Assembly: GCA_945871875.1 (NCBI GenBank) | Contig: CAMBYC010000001.1 | Location: 7,202 to 71,201, forward strand | Direction of reading: 5' to 3' | From: Sphingobacterium thalpophilum | GTDB lineage: Bacteria; Bacteroidota; Bacteroidia; Chitinophagales; Chitinophagaceae | DNA: 64,000 nucleotides | In this document: piece by piece, positions 1 to 10,422 of the stretch | Layout: each line of letters begins with the position of its first letter | Numbering within the stretch: the stretch's first letter is position 1 | Made by a program: the position numbers and the translations under genes | Notes under the pieces: model-generated | Database searches by the model: none | What the model saw: the letters and a program-made list of their open reading frames with translations, nothing else | Told to the model about the DNA's origin: nothing

Positions 1-1
1 G

Positions 2-2140
2 GCTTCAATTCTATTAGAAGACGGGCAGAAAATATCACTTGAAACGGGAAGATTAGCCCGTCAGGCTGATGGTTCTGTTACAGTGACACAAGGTAATTGT
101 TGTCTGCTGGCAACTGTTTGTGCAAGCAAGGAAATGCGTGAAGGACAGGATTTTTTTCCTTTAAGTGTTGATTATAACGAAAAATTTGCATCTGCGGGAA
201 GAATACCAGGATCATTTTTCAAGCGTGAAGGCAGATTGAGTGATTATGAAATCTTAATTAGTAGATTGATTGATAGGGCATTACGCCCACTATTTCCTGA
301 AGATTATTTGTGTGATGTACAAGTTTTAGTTACATTAATTTCTTCAGATCCTGAAATTATGCCCGATGCATTGGCTTGTTTAGCAGCATCAGCAGCCCTT
401 GCAGTTTCAGATATTCCTATCAAAGAAATTATTTCTGAAGTTCGTGTTGCAAGAGTAGATGGTAAGTTTATCATCAACCCAACACGCACGCAATTGTCTA
501 TGGCCGATTTCAACTTCATTGTTGGAGCTACTGAAAAAAACCTAATGATGGTTGAAGGTGTTTCACAAGAATGTAGTGAAGAAGATTTGATTAGTGCCTT
601 AGAATTTGCACATGATGCTATTCGATTGCAAATCAAAGCACAGCACGAATTAAAGCAGAAGGTTGGAATTATAACCCCTCGCACTTATTCAACTGCACCA
701 ACTAATGAAACTATTCAAGAAAAAGTTGCTGCATTTGCCACTGAAAGAGTATATGAAATTTCAAAGTCTGCAAGTGCAAAAGGAGATAGAAGCGGTGCTT
801 ATGATGTATTAAAAAAAGAACTAATTGCCAGCTTTGGTGAAGAAGTTACTTCTGGCGACATCAAATTAATAAAGAAATACTACGAAGACCTTAAATGGGA
901 AGTTGTAAGAAATATGATTTTGGACGATAAAATTCGTTTAGATGGCAGGCAGTTAAATGAAATACGTCCATTAGATATGGAAATTGACGTATTGCCATCT
1001 CCACATGGTGCTGCTTTGTTTACAAGAGGAGAAACACAATCAATAACAACTGTAACATTGGGAACACCCTTGGATGAGCTGTTGATTGAAAGTGCTGCAA
1101 CTTCAGAATATACAAAATTCATATTGCATTACAATTTTCCACCATTTTCAACAGGTGAGGTAAAACCAATGCGTGGACCAGGAAGAAGAGAAGTTGGTCA
1201 CGGTAACTTAGCATTGCGTTCTTTAAAACAAATGATGCCAGGTAGTGATTATCCATATACGGTAAGGGTTGTGAGTGATATTTTGGAGTCAAATGGTTCA
1301 TCATCAATGGCTACTGTTTGTGCGGGTTCATTAGCGTTAATGGATGCCGGTGTACCTATTCCAAAGCACGTTAGTGGAATTGCTATGGGATTGATTACCA
1401 GAGCTTCTGACGGAAAATATGCAATTTTATCAGACATCCTAGGTGATGAAGATCATTTAGGAGATATGGATTTTAAGGTTACAGGAACAAATGACGGTAT
1501 TTGTGGTGTTCAAATGGACATTAAAGTAGATGGATTGAGCATGGAAACAATGCGTGCAGCATTGATGCAAGCTAGAGAAGGACGTTTACATATCCTTAAG
1601 TCAATGTACGAATGTATAGATCAACCTAGAGAAGAGGTGAAAGCACATTCACCAAGAATGGAGAAATTGTTTATCGAAAAAGAATTTATTGGTGCTGTGA
1701 TAGGACCAGGTGGAAAAATTATCCAAGAAATACAAAGAGAAACCGGAACCACTATTAATCTTGAAGAGGTTGGAAACTACGGTGAAGTAAGTATCTTCAG
1801 TAAAGACAAAGAAGGTTTAGTAAAAGCCGTAAATTGGGTTAAAGGTATTGTGGCTGTTCCAGAAATTGGAGAAGTTTATGATGCAAAAGTGAAATCAATT
1901 ATGCCTTATGGTGCATTTGTTGAGTTTATTCCCGGTAAACAAGGATTGTTGCACATCAGCGAAGTAAGCTGGGAGCGATTGGAATCTATTGAGGGAATAC
2001 TTAACGAGGGTGATATGATAAAGGTTAAATTGGTTGGATTAGATCCTAAAACTGGAAAATATAAATTGAGCAGTAAAGTATTGTTGCCAAAACCAGAGGG
2101 CTCTTCTCAAGGTTTTAAAGTAGAAAAGCATAGAGATTAA
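2..2140 (+). CDS. pnp: polyribonucleotide nucleotidyltransferase (PNPase), 5' end cut by window edge
   Basis: The frame is open from nt 2 (ASILLEDGQKISLETGRLARQADGSV...), upstream of the tracked GTG at 83. It has two RNase PH-like cores (DFFPLSVDYNEKFASAGRIPGSFFKREGR; GRREVGHGNLALRSL), a KH motif (IGPGGKIIQEIQ) and an S1 motif (GEVYDAKVKSIMPYGAFVEF). Confidence 0.95.
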   Translation, partial: ASILLEDGQKISLETGRLARQADGSVTVTQGNCCLLATVCASKEMREGQDFFPLSVDYNEKFASAGRIPGSFFKREGRLSDYEILISRLIDRALRPLFPEDYLCDVQVLVTLISSDPEIMPDALACLAASAALAVSDIPIKEIISEVRVARVDGKFIINPTRTQLSMADFNFIVGATEKNLMMVEGVSQECSEEDLISALEFAHDAIRLQIKAQHELKQKVGIITPRTYSTAPTNETIQEKVAAFATERVYEISKSASAKGDRSGAYDVLKKELIASFGEEVTSGDIKLIKKYYEDLKWEVVRNMILDDKIRLDGRQLNEIRPLDMEIDVLPSPHGAALFTRGETQSITTVTLGTPLDELLIESAATSEYTKFILHYNFPPFSTGEVKPMRGPGRREVGHGNLALRSLKQMMPGSDYPYTVRVVSDILESNGSSSMATVCAGSLALMDAGVPIPKHVSGIAMGLITRASDGKYAILSDILGDEDHLGDMDFKVTGTNDGICGVQMDIKVDGLSMETMRAALMQAREGRLHILKSMYECIDQPREEVKAHSPRMEKLFIEKEFIGAVIGPGGKIIQEIQRETGTTINLEEVGNYGEVSIFSKDKEGLVKAVNWVKGIVAVPEIGEVYDAKVKSIMPYGAFVEFIPGKQGLLHISEVSWERLESIEGILNEGDMIKVKLVGLDPKTGKYKLSSKVLLPKPEGSSQGFKVEKHRD

Positions 2141-2177
2141 TTCTAATTCATAGTTTAGTTTATAGTTAATTGTTTTT

Positions 2178-2221
2178 AATGCTGGTTGTTATAAGTTTTA
2201 TATCAACCAGCATTTTTTTTA
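2178..2221 (+). terminator. intrinsic terminator after pnp
   Basis: Stem AATGCTGGTTG / CAACCAGCATT followed by a T-run. Confidence 0.7.
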
Positions 2222-2238
2222 ATGAAAGATTTTGAAAA

Positions 2239-3066
2239 ATGCAATTGAAAATATACAAGGAAGTCGGTTTTATAGGGATGAACGAAGAAATGAGTGATAT
2301 TCTAATAGCAGAATTATCGGAAAATGGTTATTATGGATTTTTAGAGGAAGCTGGATTTTTAAAGGCTTATATTGAATCTGACAAGTTTGATCAATCAATT
2401 ATTGATGAATTAGGTATAAAATATGGTTTACAAGTTGCCTTTTTAGAAATACCAGAAACCAATTGGAATGCAGATTGGGAAACATCTTTTGAACCAGTAA
2501 TAGTAAATGATTTTGTTGCAATAAGAGCGGGTTTTCACGAACCAGTAAAAAATGTACAATATGAAATTGTGATTACACCCAAAATGAGTTTTGGTACAGG
2601 GCATCATGCTACAACATATTTGGTTTTAGATGCAATGCAGCAATTTGATTGGAAAAATAAAAAGGTATTGGATTTTGGGACTGGCACTGGTGTTTTGGCA
2701 ATCCTTGCAGAAAAATTAGGAGCTTCTGAAATCCTAGCTATAGATAACAATCAATGGAGTATTGAAAATTCAATTGAAAATTTGGTAACCAACAATTGCA
2801 ACAATATTCAAATAATTGAAACTGAAGTTCTGCCAGAAAAAGGGCAATATGATATAATATTAGCTAATATTAACAAGCAAGTGTTGATTGAAAATTGTGA
2901 AGCTATTTGTGAAGCCCTTTTGCCAAATTCGATTTTGATTTTAAGCGGGTTGTTGGCAATAGATGAAACCGATATTGTTAATTTATATGGTCAATATTTA
3001 GGGAAGCCATATTTAATAAATAGCAAAAATAATTGGATTGTTATTGTATATAGTAAGAATTGTTAA
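2239..3066 (+). CDS. prmA: ribosomal protein L11 methyltransferase
   Basis: FGTGHHATT motif and SAM-binding motif DFGTGTGVLAILAEKLGA. Length is 275 aa. Confidence 0.85.
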   Translation: MQLKIYKEVGFIGMNEEMSDILIAELSENGYYGFLEEAGFLKAYIESDKFDQSIIDELGIKYGLQVAFLEIPETNWNADWETSFEPVIVNDFVAIRAGFHEPVKNVQYEIVITPKMSFGTGHHATTYLVLDAMQQFDWKNKKVLDFGTGTGVLAILAEKLGASEILAIDNNQWSIENSIENLVTNNCNNIQIIETEVLPEKGQYDIILANINKQVLIENCEAICEALLPNSILILSGLLAIDETDIVNLYGQYLGKPYLINSKNNWIVIVYSKNC

Positions 3067-3123
3067 TCAAACCTTAACAAAATATTGATTATCTTTATAT
3101 AATTCTATTAATGATTTTGAATT

Positions 3124-3768
3124 ATGAATGAAGTAATCCTTTTAATATTATCATACTTAATTGGCTCAATACCTACATCGGTTTGGGTTAGTAAAAAGAT
3201 TCATAATATTGATATTAGGGATTATGGTAGTGGAAATGCTGGAGCTACAAACACTTTTAGGGTATTGGGTTCAAAATGGGGTAGTTTCGTAATGTTCGTA
3301 GATATGTTAAAAGGATTAATCGCTGTTCAATTGGCATATTTGTTGCCAATATATGGATTAGATGATTTTCAACGAACAAATTTTCAAATTGGCTTAGGGT
3401 TAGTTGCTGTAATTGGACATATCTTTCCTATTTGGGCTGAATTTAGAGGAGGTAAGGGTGTTGCCACTTTGCTGGGTTTAATAATTGGTATTTCTCCACT
3501 AACAGCTTTAGGGTGTGTGGGTGTTTTTTTAATTGTATTGTATTTGACAAGATTTGTTTCTTTAAGTTCAATCCTGGCAAGCTTAGCTTTCCCTGTTTTT
3601 ATCCTTGTTATATTTAATGTTGACAATAACAATTACAGAATATTTGCTATTGCTGTCTCTCTGCTTGTAATCTTATCTCACCAAAAAAATATATCTAGAT
3701 TAATTAAAGGTTGTGAATCTAAAGTGCCAATTTTTAAGAACAGAGATAAGCGAAAAAGTGAGAGTTAG
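3124..3768 (+). CDS. plsY: glycerol-3-phosphate acyltransferase PlsY
   Basis: GSGNAGATNTFRVLG motif. Multi-pass membrane protein of 214 aa. Confidence 0.9.
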   Translation: MNEVILLILSYLIGSIPTSVWVSKKIHNIDIRDYGSGNAGATNTFRVLGSKWGSFVMFVDMLKGLIAVQLAYLLPIYGLDDFQRTNFQIGLGLVAVIGHIFPIWAEFRGGKGVATLLGLIIGISPLTALGCVGVFLIVLYLTRFVSLSSILASLAFPVFILVIFNVDNNNYRIFAIAVSLLVILSHQKNISRLIKGCESKVPIFKNRDKRKSES

Positions 3769-3929
3769 ACTTTTTCCGCCTAATACATGAAAAACATCAT
3801 CCATATCCTTTGAATCAACAAGCAATATATGATCTGAAATATAATTTTTTCAATTTTATATATTAGAAATATTGATTTATTAAAGTTGTATTTTCTAATA
3901 TTTTTTTAACAGTTTTAAAACGATTGGGG

Positions 3930-4361
3930 ATGTCACAAACAGTTTTTGAAAAACTACAACTAAGAGACGAAAAGAATATTCTTATTCAAGGTTTACCTTC
4001 ATCTATTGAAAAACAGTTTTTGAAGATATCATTTTCTAAAAGTGTTACGCCATTGTTAAAAAGTAGAACCATTGATTTTGCCCTCATTTTTGCAGTAAAT
4101 CAAGTTCAATTGTCTGGTATTGTTAGTGAAGTAGTTCCGTCTTTACACCTCAATAGCAAACTTTGGGTAGCGTATCCCAAACCAACTTCTAAAATAGTGA
4201 GTGACTTAAACCGAGATTTTAATTGGTCAACCTTAAAAACGAGAGGTTATACACCGTTTTTTGAAACAGATTTAGACAATATGTGGGTGGCCATAAGATT
4301 TGAAAGAGAAACAATTGAATCAAATTTTATAGAGGTCGAAGGTTTAATTAGTGAAATTTAA
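3930..4361 (+). CDS. hypothetical protein (small soluble, DUF-type)
   Basis: ATG at 3930 (the tracked start at 3924 is TTG). 143 aa with no catalytic motif recognised. Non-overlapping ORF in a coding-dense region. Confidence 0.55.
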   Translation: MSQTVFEKLQLRDEKNILIQGLPSSIEKQFLKISFSKSVTPLLKSRTIDFALIFAVNQVQLSGIVSEVVPSLHLNSKLWVAYPKPTSKIVSDLNRDFNWSTLKTRGYTPFFETDLDNMWVAIRFERETIESNFIEVEGLISEI

Positions 4362-4369
4362 TTAAATTT

Positions 4370-6313
4370 CTATTTTATTATAACTGTTCCGATGCGTTTC
4401 ACAAGTTCCATTTCAAGTTGTTTTAGATGACGGTGAATAGCAACTAAAGTCATATAATCCCCATCTGGTTTCATATTTTGCAATTCCAATTGGTTTTCGG
4501 AGATTAATCTTTTTATTTTTCTAAGTTTAAGATAATTTAAAGCTGAAGAAACATCTTCTTTAAACATCATTTCTCTTGTCGCCACAATTGTATCAAAGTT
4601 TTTTAACCAATTTGGACTTAAATCTGCCGAGCTATTGTCCATTATAGAAACGGCCAAAGTGTTTAGAATGGCCTCTTCATGATATAAAAAACTTTTATTG
4701 TCTGGATTTAATCCAAGCTGGTAAAGTGTTCTGTAAGCTTCAATAAGTTGGAGTAAGTGTTTGTTGTCAAACATCTCTGCTAATCCATTGATTTCAAATT
4801 CTTTGAAGATATAATCTGCAATAGTTTCTCCATTTTCCCATTCATTAATACCAAATTCGAGTAATGATCTAACCAGCGCTCTCTCTTGAAGCTCATCTTT
4901 GAACAATAAATCATTGAAATCTTCTAATGTTTCATTGTGTTGTGCTTCAGGTAGATTTTCTTCTTCTTTAGTTTGTTCTTGTTTCTTTTCCTGAATTGAA
5001 ATTTTCCCTCTAATAAACTTATTCACAAGAACGGTCAATCCCTCTTCATCAATTTTTAATAGTTCTGAACAACGATGGATATAATCTTGCTGGCGAGTAA
5101 AATCTTCTGCTTTATTGATTTTTGCAATAGATTCTGCAATTCGATTTACAACTTCTGACTTCTTTTGAGAATCATTTTGAGCATCTTTTAAAGCCGTTTC
5201 CAATTGAAAAAGAATAAAATCTTTTCTCTCTTTGGATATAAATTCTTTAAAATTGTTGGCACCAATTTTTTTTACATAACTATCAGGATCTTCATTGTCT
5301 GGAATTAAAACCAATTTTACAATTAACCCTTCTTCTAAAGCCAAATCCAAACCCCGAGCTGCTGCTTTTATTCCAGCTGCATCACCATCATAAATAATTG
5401 TAAGATTAGATGTATATTTTTTTATTAATCTTAATTGATCGATGGTTAAAGATGTACCACCAGAAGCTACAACATTTTCAATGCCGGCTTGATGCAATGA
5501 AACTACATCGGTATAACCTTCTACCAATAAACACTCGTTTTGCTTGTCTATAGCTTGTCTGGCAAAATACATCCCATACAATAATTTACTTTTTGAGTAA
5601 ATTTCGTTTTCAGGAGTATTGATGTATTTGGGTGCCTTATCGTTTTTTCTAATTAATCTAGCACCAAAACCTATCACTTTGCCACTTTGGTTGTGAATTG
5701 GAAAAATAACTCTTCCACGATAATTATCAACCAAACGATCTTCTCTACTAGCGACTAAACCGCTTTTTACCAAATACTCTTTGTTGTATTTTGCATCAAC
5801 TGCTGATTTTGCAAATGCATCTCCATACTCTAAACAATATCCTAGTTGAAATTTTTGTATCGTTTCTTCATTAAATCCTCTTTCTTTTAAATAACCTAAA
5901 CCGGCCATTTTGCCCTCATCATTTTCAAACAAATTGTTTGAAAAATAATCTTTAGCAAATTTGTTGATGATAAATAAACTTTCTGCAGCTTGCTGTTGAA
6001 TTCTTTGCTCCGGATTACTGTATTCTTCTTGAATTTCAATATTATACCTTGACGCAAGCCATTTTAAAGTATCTACATAAGAATATTTCTCATGCTCCAT
6101 AATGAAACTAATCGCATTGCCTGATTTTCCACAACCAAAACATTTATAAATCTCTTTTGATGGCGATACCGTAAATGAAGGCGATTTTTCATTATGAAAT
6201 GGACAAACTCCAAGATAATTTGATCCTCGTTTCTTTAATTTGATGAAATTGCCTATAATATCAATTATATCAATCCTATTTTGAATAAGCTGTATCGTTT
6301 CTTGAGGTATCAT
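4370..6313 (-). CDS. dnaG: DNA primase
   Basis: CHC2 zinc finger (CPFHNEKSPSFTV...CFGCGKSG). TOPRIM motifs (VEGYTDV, YDGDAAG). Length is 647 aa. Confidence 0.93.
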   Translation of the reverse strand: MIPQETIQLIQNRIDIIDIIGNFIKLKKRGSNYLGVCPFHNEKSPSFTVSPSKEIYKCFGCGKSGNAISFIMEHEKYSYVDTLKWLASRYNIEIQEEYSNPEQRIQQQAAESLFIINKFAKDYFSNNLFENDEGKMAGLGYLKERGFNEETIQKFQLGYCLEYGDAFAKSAVDAKYNKEYLVKSGLVASREDRLVDNYRGRVIFPIHNQSGKVIGFGARLIRKNDKAPKYINTPENEIYSKSKLLYGMYFARQAIDKQNECLLVEGYTDVVSLHQAGIENVVASGGTSLTIDQLRLIKKYTSNLTIIYDGDAAGIKAAARGLDLALEEGLIVKLVLIPDNEDPDSYVKKIGANNFKEFISKERKDFILFQLETALKDAQNDSQKKSEVVNRIAESIAKINKAEDFTRQQDYIHRCSELLKIDEEGLTVLVNKFIRGKISIQEKKQEQTKEEENLPEAQHNETLEDFNDLLFKDELQERALVRSLLEFGINEWENGETIADYIFKEFEINGLAEMFDNKHLLQLIEAYRTLYQLGLNPDNKSFLYHEEAILNTLAVSIMDNSSADLSPNWLKNFDTIVATREMMFKEDVSSALNYLKLRKIKRLISENQLELQNMKPDGDYMTLVAIHRHLKQLEMELVKRIGTVIIK

Positions 6314-6454
6314 TGATGATTAAAAATAATACAATTAAATATCATTAAAACATTTGTTCTATAATCAAAAAGCATATGTTCAAAAAATAAGATTACAATT
6401 AAACATAGAACTTAAAATTATTTGTATTAAATTTCGTTAAATATTTTATTTTAA

Positions 6455-8449
6455 ATGTTCAAAATGTCGAAATTTTCAATCCTTTGCGTTATTGTTTCAT
6501 GGATATTGTTGCATATATCAGTGCTTACTTTGGGTCAAATTGATAATGATTTTTCTACTTATCCAATTTATGAAGGAAACGATTTAGGTTTAACTTATAC
6601 CCCAACACATTCAATTTTTAAAATTTGGTCGCCAACAGCAGAAAAGGCTACACTGCTTTTTTACAAAGAATCTTCTGGTGGACAAATCTTACAGCGTTTT
6701 GACATGAATCGTAGTGTAAAGGGAACTTGGGAAATTAAAATACCTGGAAATCAAAAGGGCAACTATTATTGTTTTAAAGTATTGATTAATGGGAAATGGA
6801 GTAAAGAAGTGCCTGATCCTTATGTAAAAGCAGTTGGAACAAATGGAAAACGAGGAATAGTAATAGATGAAAATGAATCGAATCCTGCCCAATGGGAAAA
6901 TGATAAAAGTCCTGCTTTCACTCGCCCTACAGATGCAATAATTTATGAATTGCACGTTAGAGATGCTTCAATATCCTCCAATTCTGGCATAAAAAATAAA
7001 GGGAAATTTATTGGATTAATTGAAAAAGGCACACATACAAAGTCTGGAATGTTAACCGGTTTAGATCATTTAAAAGATTTAGGGGTTTCTCATATTCATT
7101 TATTGCCTGTTTTTGACTTTTTTTCAGTAGATGAATCCAAGCCAGACAGTTCACAGTACAATTGGGGCTATGACCCACTAAATTACAATGTTCCCGAGGG
7201 CTCATATTCTACCAATCCAGATGATGGAGTTACTAGAATTAAAGAGTTTAAATCAATGATCAATGGGCTTCATAAAAATGGCCTTCGTGTAGTTATGGAT
7301 GTGGTGTACAACCATACTATGTTTACAGAAAACTCATGGTTTAATGAACTGGTGCCGGGGTATTATTATCGACAAAGTGCCGATGGAAGCTTTTCAAATG
7401 GTTCTGCATGTGGAAATGAAACAGCCAGCGAACGTCCGATGATGCGAAAATTCATGATAGAATCGCTTGAATATTGGGTGAAAAAATATCATATTGATGG
7501 ATTCCGTTTCGATCTAATGGGGCTACATGATATAGAAACAATGAATCTAATTTCGCAGAGATTAAAAAAAATAAAGCCTTCCATTTTGTTGTATGGAGAA
7601 GGTTGGACTGCCGGGAAAACTCCTATTGCTGAAAACTTGCTAGCAGTAAAGAAAAATGTTTCTTCATTAAAAGATATTGCAGTTTTTAGTGATGATTTCA
7701 GGGATGCGATAAAAGGAAGTGTATTTAATTCAGATGACAGAGGGTTTGTTAGCGGAAAAAAAGGCATGGAAGAGTCGTTAAAATTTGGAATTGTTGCTGC
7801 AACAAAACATTCCCAAATCAACTATTCAAAATTAAATTATTCAAAGACAAGTTATGCAACAAACCCAGCTCAGGTAATTGGTTATTGTGAATGCCACGAC
7901 AATAATGTTTTGTGGGATAAGCTAAAATTATCTTGCCCAAACAATACAGAATTGGAAAGAAAGGAAATGCACAAATTAGCGTTGACAATAGTTTTAACTG
8001 CACAGGGAATTCCTTTTTTACATGCTGGAACTGAATTTTTACGATCAAAGAAAGGAGTAGAAAATTCTTTCAACGCAGGGGATAGTATAAATGCAATAGA
8101 TTGGGATTTAAAGGCAATCCATAAAGATGTTTTTTTATATGTGAAAGATTTAATCAACATGCGAAAAAAGCATCCTGCATTTAGAATGCATTCAGCTTCA
8201 ACAATTGCTAAAAATATCAATTTCCTATCCTCGCCACCACAAATGGTTAGTTTTACAATAAATGGAACAAATGCGGGCGATTCATGGAAAAAAATATATG
8301 TAGCTTTCAATGGAAGTGAAAAAAGTAAAAAGTTAGATTTGCCTAGCGGTATTTGGAAATCGTACATAGTTAATAACAAACTAAGCTCCAATAGAACTCC
8401 ATCAATGTTAATAGAAGGATATTCGGCGGCTATTTTTTATCAAGATTAA
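6455..8449 (+). CDS. type I pullulanase-like GH13 glycoside hydrolase, secreted
   Basis: N-terminal signal peptide. GH13 conserved regions MDVVYNHT, DGFRFDLMG, YGEGWT and YCECHDN. The N-terminal beta-sandwich region is typical of debranching enzymes. Confidence 0.87.
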   Translation: MFKMSKFSILCVIVSWILLHISVLTLGQIDNDFSTYPIYEGNDLGLTYTPTHSIFKIWSPTAEKATLLFYKESSGGQILQRFDMNRSVKGTWEIKIPGNQKGNYYCFKVLINGKWSKEVPDPYVKAVGTNGKRGIVIDENESNPAQWENDKSPAFTRPTDAIIYELHVRDASISSNSGIKNKGKFIGLIEKGTHTKSGMLTGLDHLKDLGVSHIHLLPVFDFFSVDESKPDSSQYNWGYDPLNYNVPEGSYSTNPDDGVTRIKEFKSMINGLHKNGLRVVMDVVYNHTMFTENSWFNELVPGYYYRQSADGSFSNGSACGNETASERPMMRKFMIESLEYWVKKYHIDGFRFDLMGLHDIETMNLISQRLKKIKPSILLYGEGWTAGKTPIAENLLAVKKNVSSLKDIAVFSDDFRDAIKGSVFNSDDRGFVSGKKGMEESLKFGIVAATKHSQINYSKLNYSKTSYATNPAQVIGYCECHDNNVLWDKLKLSCPNNTELERKEMHKLALTIVLTAQGIPFLHAGTEFLRSKKGVENSFNAGDSINAIDWDLKAIHKDVFLYVKDLINMRKKHPAFRMHSASTIAKNINFLSSPPQMVSFTINGTNAGDSWKKIYVAFNGSEKSKKLDLPSGIWKSYIVNNKLSSNRTPSMLIEGYSAAIFYQD

Positions 8450-8563
8450 AAATATTAATTAGTATTTTGGTTACTTGAAGTACAATTTTCTTAGTAATTA
8501 ATACAAATTTTAAATTGGAGAAAATAGATAATATCAATTTGCTAATCGAATAATTATAGAGAG

Positions 8564-9748
8564 ATGAATAAAAATAAAGTTTATATAATTTCGGGAGTAA
8601 GAACACCAATTGGAAGTTTTGGGGGCATGTTGAAGGGATTTACAGCTACCGATTTAGGTTCAATTGTAATTAAAGCAGCTGTTGAAAGGGCAGGAATTTC
8701 ACCAGAACAAATAAGTGAAGTATTAATGGGATCAGTGTTACAAGCCAATCTTGGTCAGGCACCTGCTCGCCAAGCTGCAAAATTAGCAGGTTTACCGAAT
8801 CATATTCCATGCTCTACCATTAATAAAGTGTGTGCAAGTGGAATGAAGGCAATAATGTTGGGTGCACAATCTATACAATTGGGTGATGCAGAAATTGTTG
8901 TTGCTGGAGGAATGGAAAGTATGAGTAATGTGCCCTTTTATGTGAACAATATGCGTTGGGGCAATAAATATGGTAATTCAACAATGGTTGATGGATTGGC
9001 CAAAGATGGATTGACAGATGCATACAACCATGAAGCGATGGGAATGGCTGCAGAATTGTGTGCCAAAGAATGTACAATTAGTAGGGAAGAACAGGATGAT
9101 TTTGCGGTAGAAAGTTATAAAAGAGCACAAAAAGCGTGGGAAGAAGGAAAGTTTTTAAACGAGGTTATTGCTATCGAAATTCCACAAAGAAAAGGGGAAC
9201 CCATTATTTTTGCTAAAGATGAAGAACCTTGGAATGTTAAATTTGACAAAATAAAAGAGCTTCAACCTGTTTTTACAAAATCTGGAACAGTAACCGCTGC
9301 AAATGCCTCTACTATGAACGACGGAGCTGCAGCAATGGTTTTGGTAAGTGAAAAAATGGTAATAGAATTGGGATTGGTTCCTTTAGCAGAAATAGTATCT
9401 TTTGCAGATGCGGAGCAAAGTCCTGAGTGGTTTACAACATCTCCATCAATTGCAGCACCACTTGCACTTTCAAAAGTTGGATTAACTGAAGCGGATGTTG
9501 ATTATTGGGAATTGAATGAAGCATTTGCTGTTGTAGGCATAGAAAATGCAAAAAGATTACAGATTTCGCCAAATAAAGTAAATGTAAATGGAGGAGCAGT
9601 TGCTATTGGGCATCCCTTGGGCTGCAGCGGTGCTAGAATTGTAACAACATTATTAAATGTATTGCATCAAAATAATGGCAATATAGGTGTTGCAGCCATT
9701 TGTAATGGGGGAGGAGGAGCGAGTGCTTTAGTAATTAAAAAAGTGTAA
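8564..9748 (+). CDS. acetyl-CoA C-acetyltransferase (thiolase II)
   Basis: Active-site Cys context NKVCASGMKAI. C-terminal GHPLGCSGARI and CNGGGGASALVI motifs. Confidence 0.93.
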   Translation: MNKNKVYIISGVRTPIGSFGGMLKGFTATDLGSIVIKAAVERAGISPEQISEVLMGSVLQANLGQAPARQAAKLAGLPNHIPCSTINKVCASGMKAIMLGAQSIQLGDAEIVVAGGMESMSNVPFYVNNMRWGNKYGNSTMVDGLAKDGLTDAYNHEAMGMAAELCAKECTISREEQDDFAVESYKRAQKAWEEGKFLNEVIAIEIPQRKGEPIIFAKDEEPWNVKFDKIKELQPVFTKSGTVTAANASTMNDGAAAMVLVSEKMVIELGLVPLAEIVSFADAEQSPEWFTTSPSIAAPLALSKVGLTEADVDYWELNEAFAVVGIENAKRLQISPNKVNVNGGAVAIGHPLGCSGARIVTTLLNVLHQNNGNIGVAAICNGGGGASALVIKKV

Positions 9749-9754
9749 ACTTTT

Positions 9755-10186
9755 TTATTCTGATTTTCCCCACAATTCAATCTCAGAACGGCTATTGGTA
9801 TGGTTTCTCGTATCGTAGTTTAAAACAATTCTATCTACAAATACAGGGTTGTTGCCAATTTCTATTGCTCTACTTTCTTCACCAACTGAAATGTCGTTTC
9901 TGAGTTCAATTGTTTTTTTTGTTCCATCTACCAACCAAATTTCACATTTTTTTAGATTTAAACCACCCTTTGTTACAATAACCCTAATTAGTTTAATTTT
10001 TTGAGAGTTGGTTACTTTGATAACTGTATTAGCATTATCAGCAGGTTCAATAATAGATTTTCCAATGATGACCCAAGGGGCATATTTTTTTTGTGTATAG
10101 AAAAATGAACTATTTATTGGTCTGAATGCGTTTTGAACAGAAAAAACTGAGAATATAATCGTTAAATGAATAAAAATTTGTTTCAT
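9755..10186 (-). CDS. hypothetical secreted protein
   Basis: The likely start is ATG at 10186 (MKQIFIHLTIIFSVFSVQNA signal peptide), and the tracked upstream extension lacks support. The small mature part looks beta-rich. Confidence 0.6.
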   Translation of the reverse strand: MKQIFIHLTIIFSVFSVQNAFRPINSSFFYTQKKYAPWVIIGKSIIEPADNANTVIKVTNSQKIKLIRVIVTKGGLNLKKCEIWLVDGTKKTIELRNDISVGEESRAIEIGNNPVFVDRIVLNYDTRNHTNSRSEIELWGKSE

Positions 10187-10390
10187 GACATGTTTTTTAA
10201 TTGAAAAAGTATTCAATTGATATATATTAAGTCTCAAAAAACGGTGACATAATATTAAATATCATAATGTAAACGATAATAATTTGAGTTTAATATCTTT
10301 TGATACATAAAAAACATGCCATTTATTAAATATTTAAAGAATTAATGGTTGTTTGGATACAGCTTTATTTTTCTGCATTTTGTTTTTCCT

Positions 10391-10398
10391 TATTTTTG
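10391..10398 (+). promoter_or_regulatory. Bacteroidota-type -7 box (TATTTTTG) upstream of pdhB
   Basis: Exact match to TAnnTTTG, 25 nt upstream of the ATG at 10423. Confidence 0.4.
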
Positions 10399-10422
10399 CG
10401 GCATCAAAATTAAATCTAATAA

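Noticed and set aside
7882-8391. Long antisense ORFs inside well-supported genes. Examples are 7882-8391 in pullulanase, 23116-23472 and 23576-23899 in topA, 31835-32230 in lipA, 55823-56170 in clpC, 17351-17632 in the RND pump and 20898-21227 in the MFP gene.
   Set aside because: They are shadow ORFs opposite strongly motif-supported CDS, with low-complexity or odd composition. An AT-rich genome with sparse stops on the antisense strand is expected to produce them.
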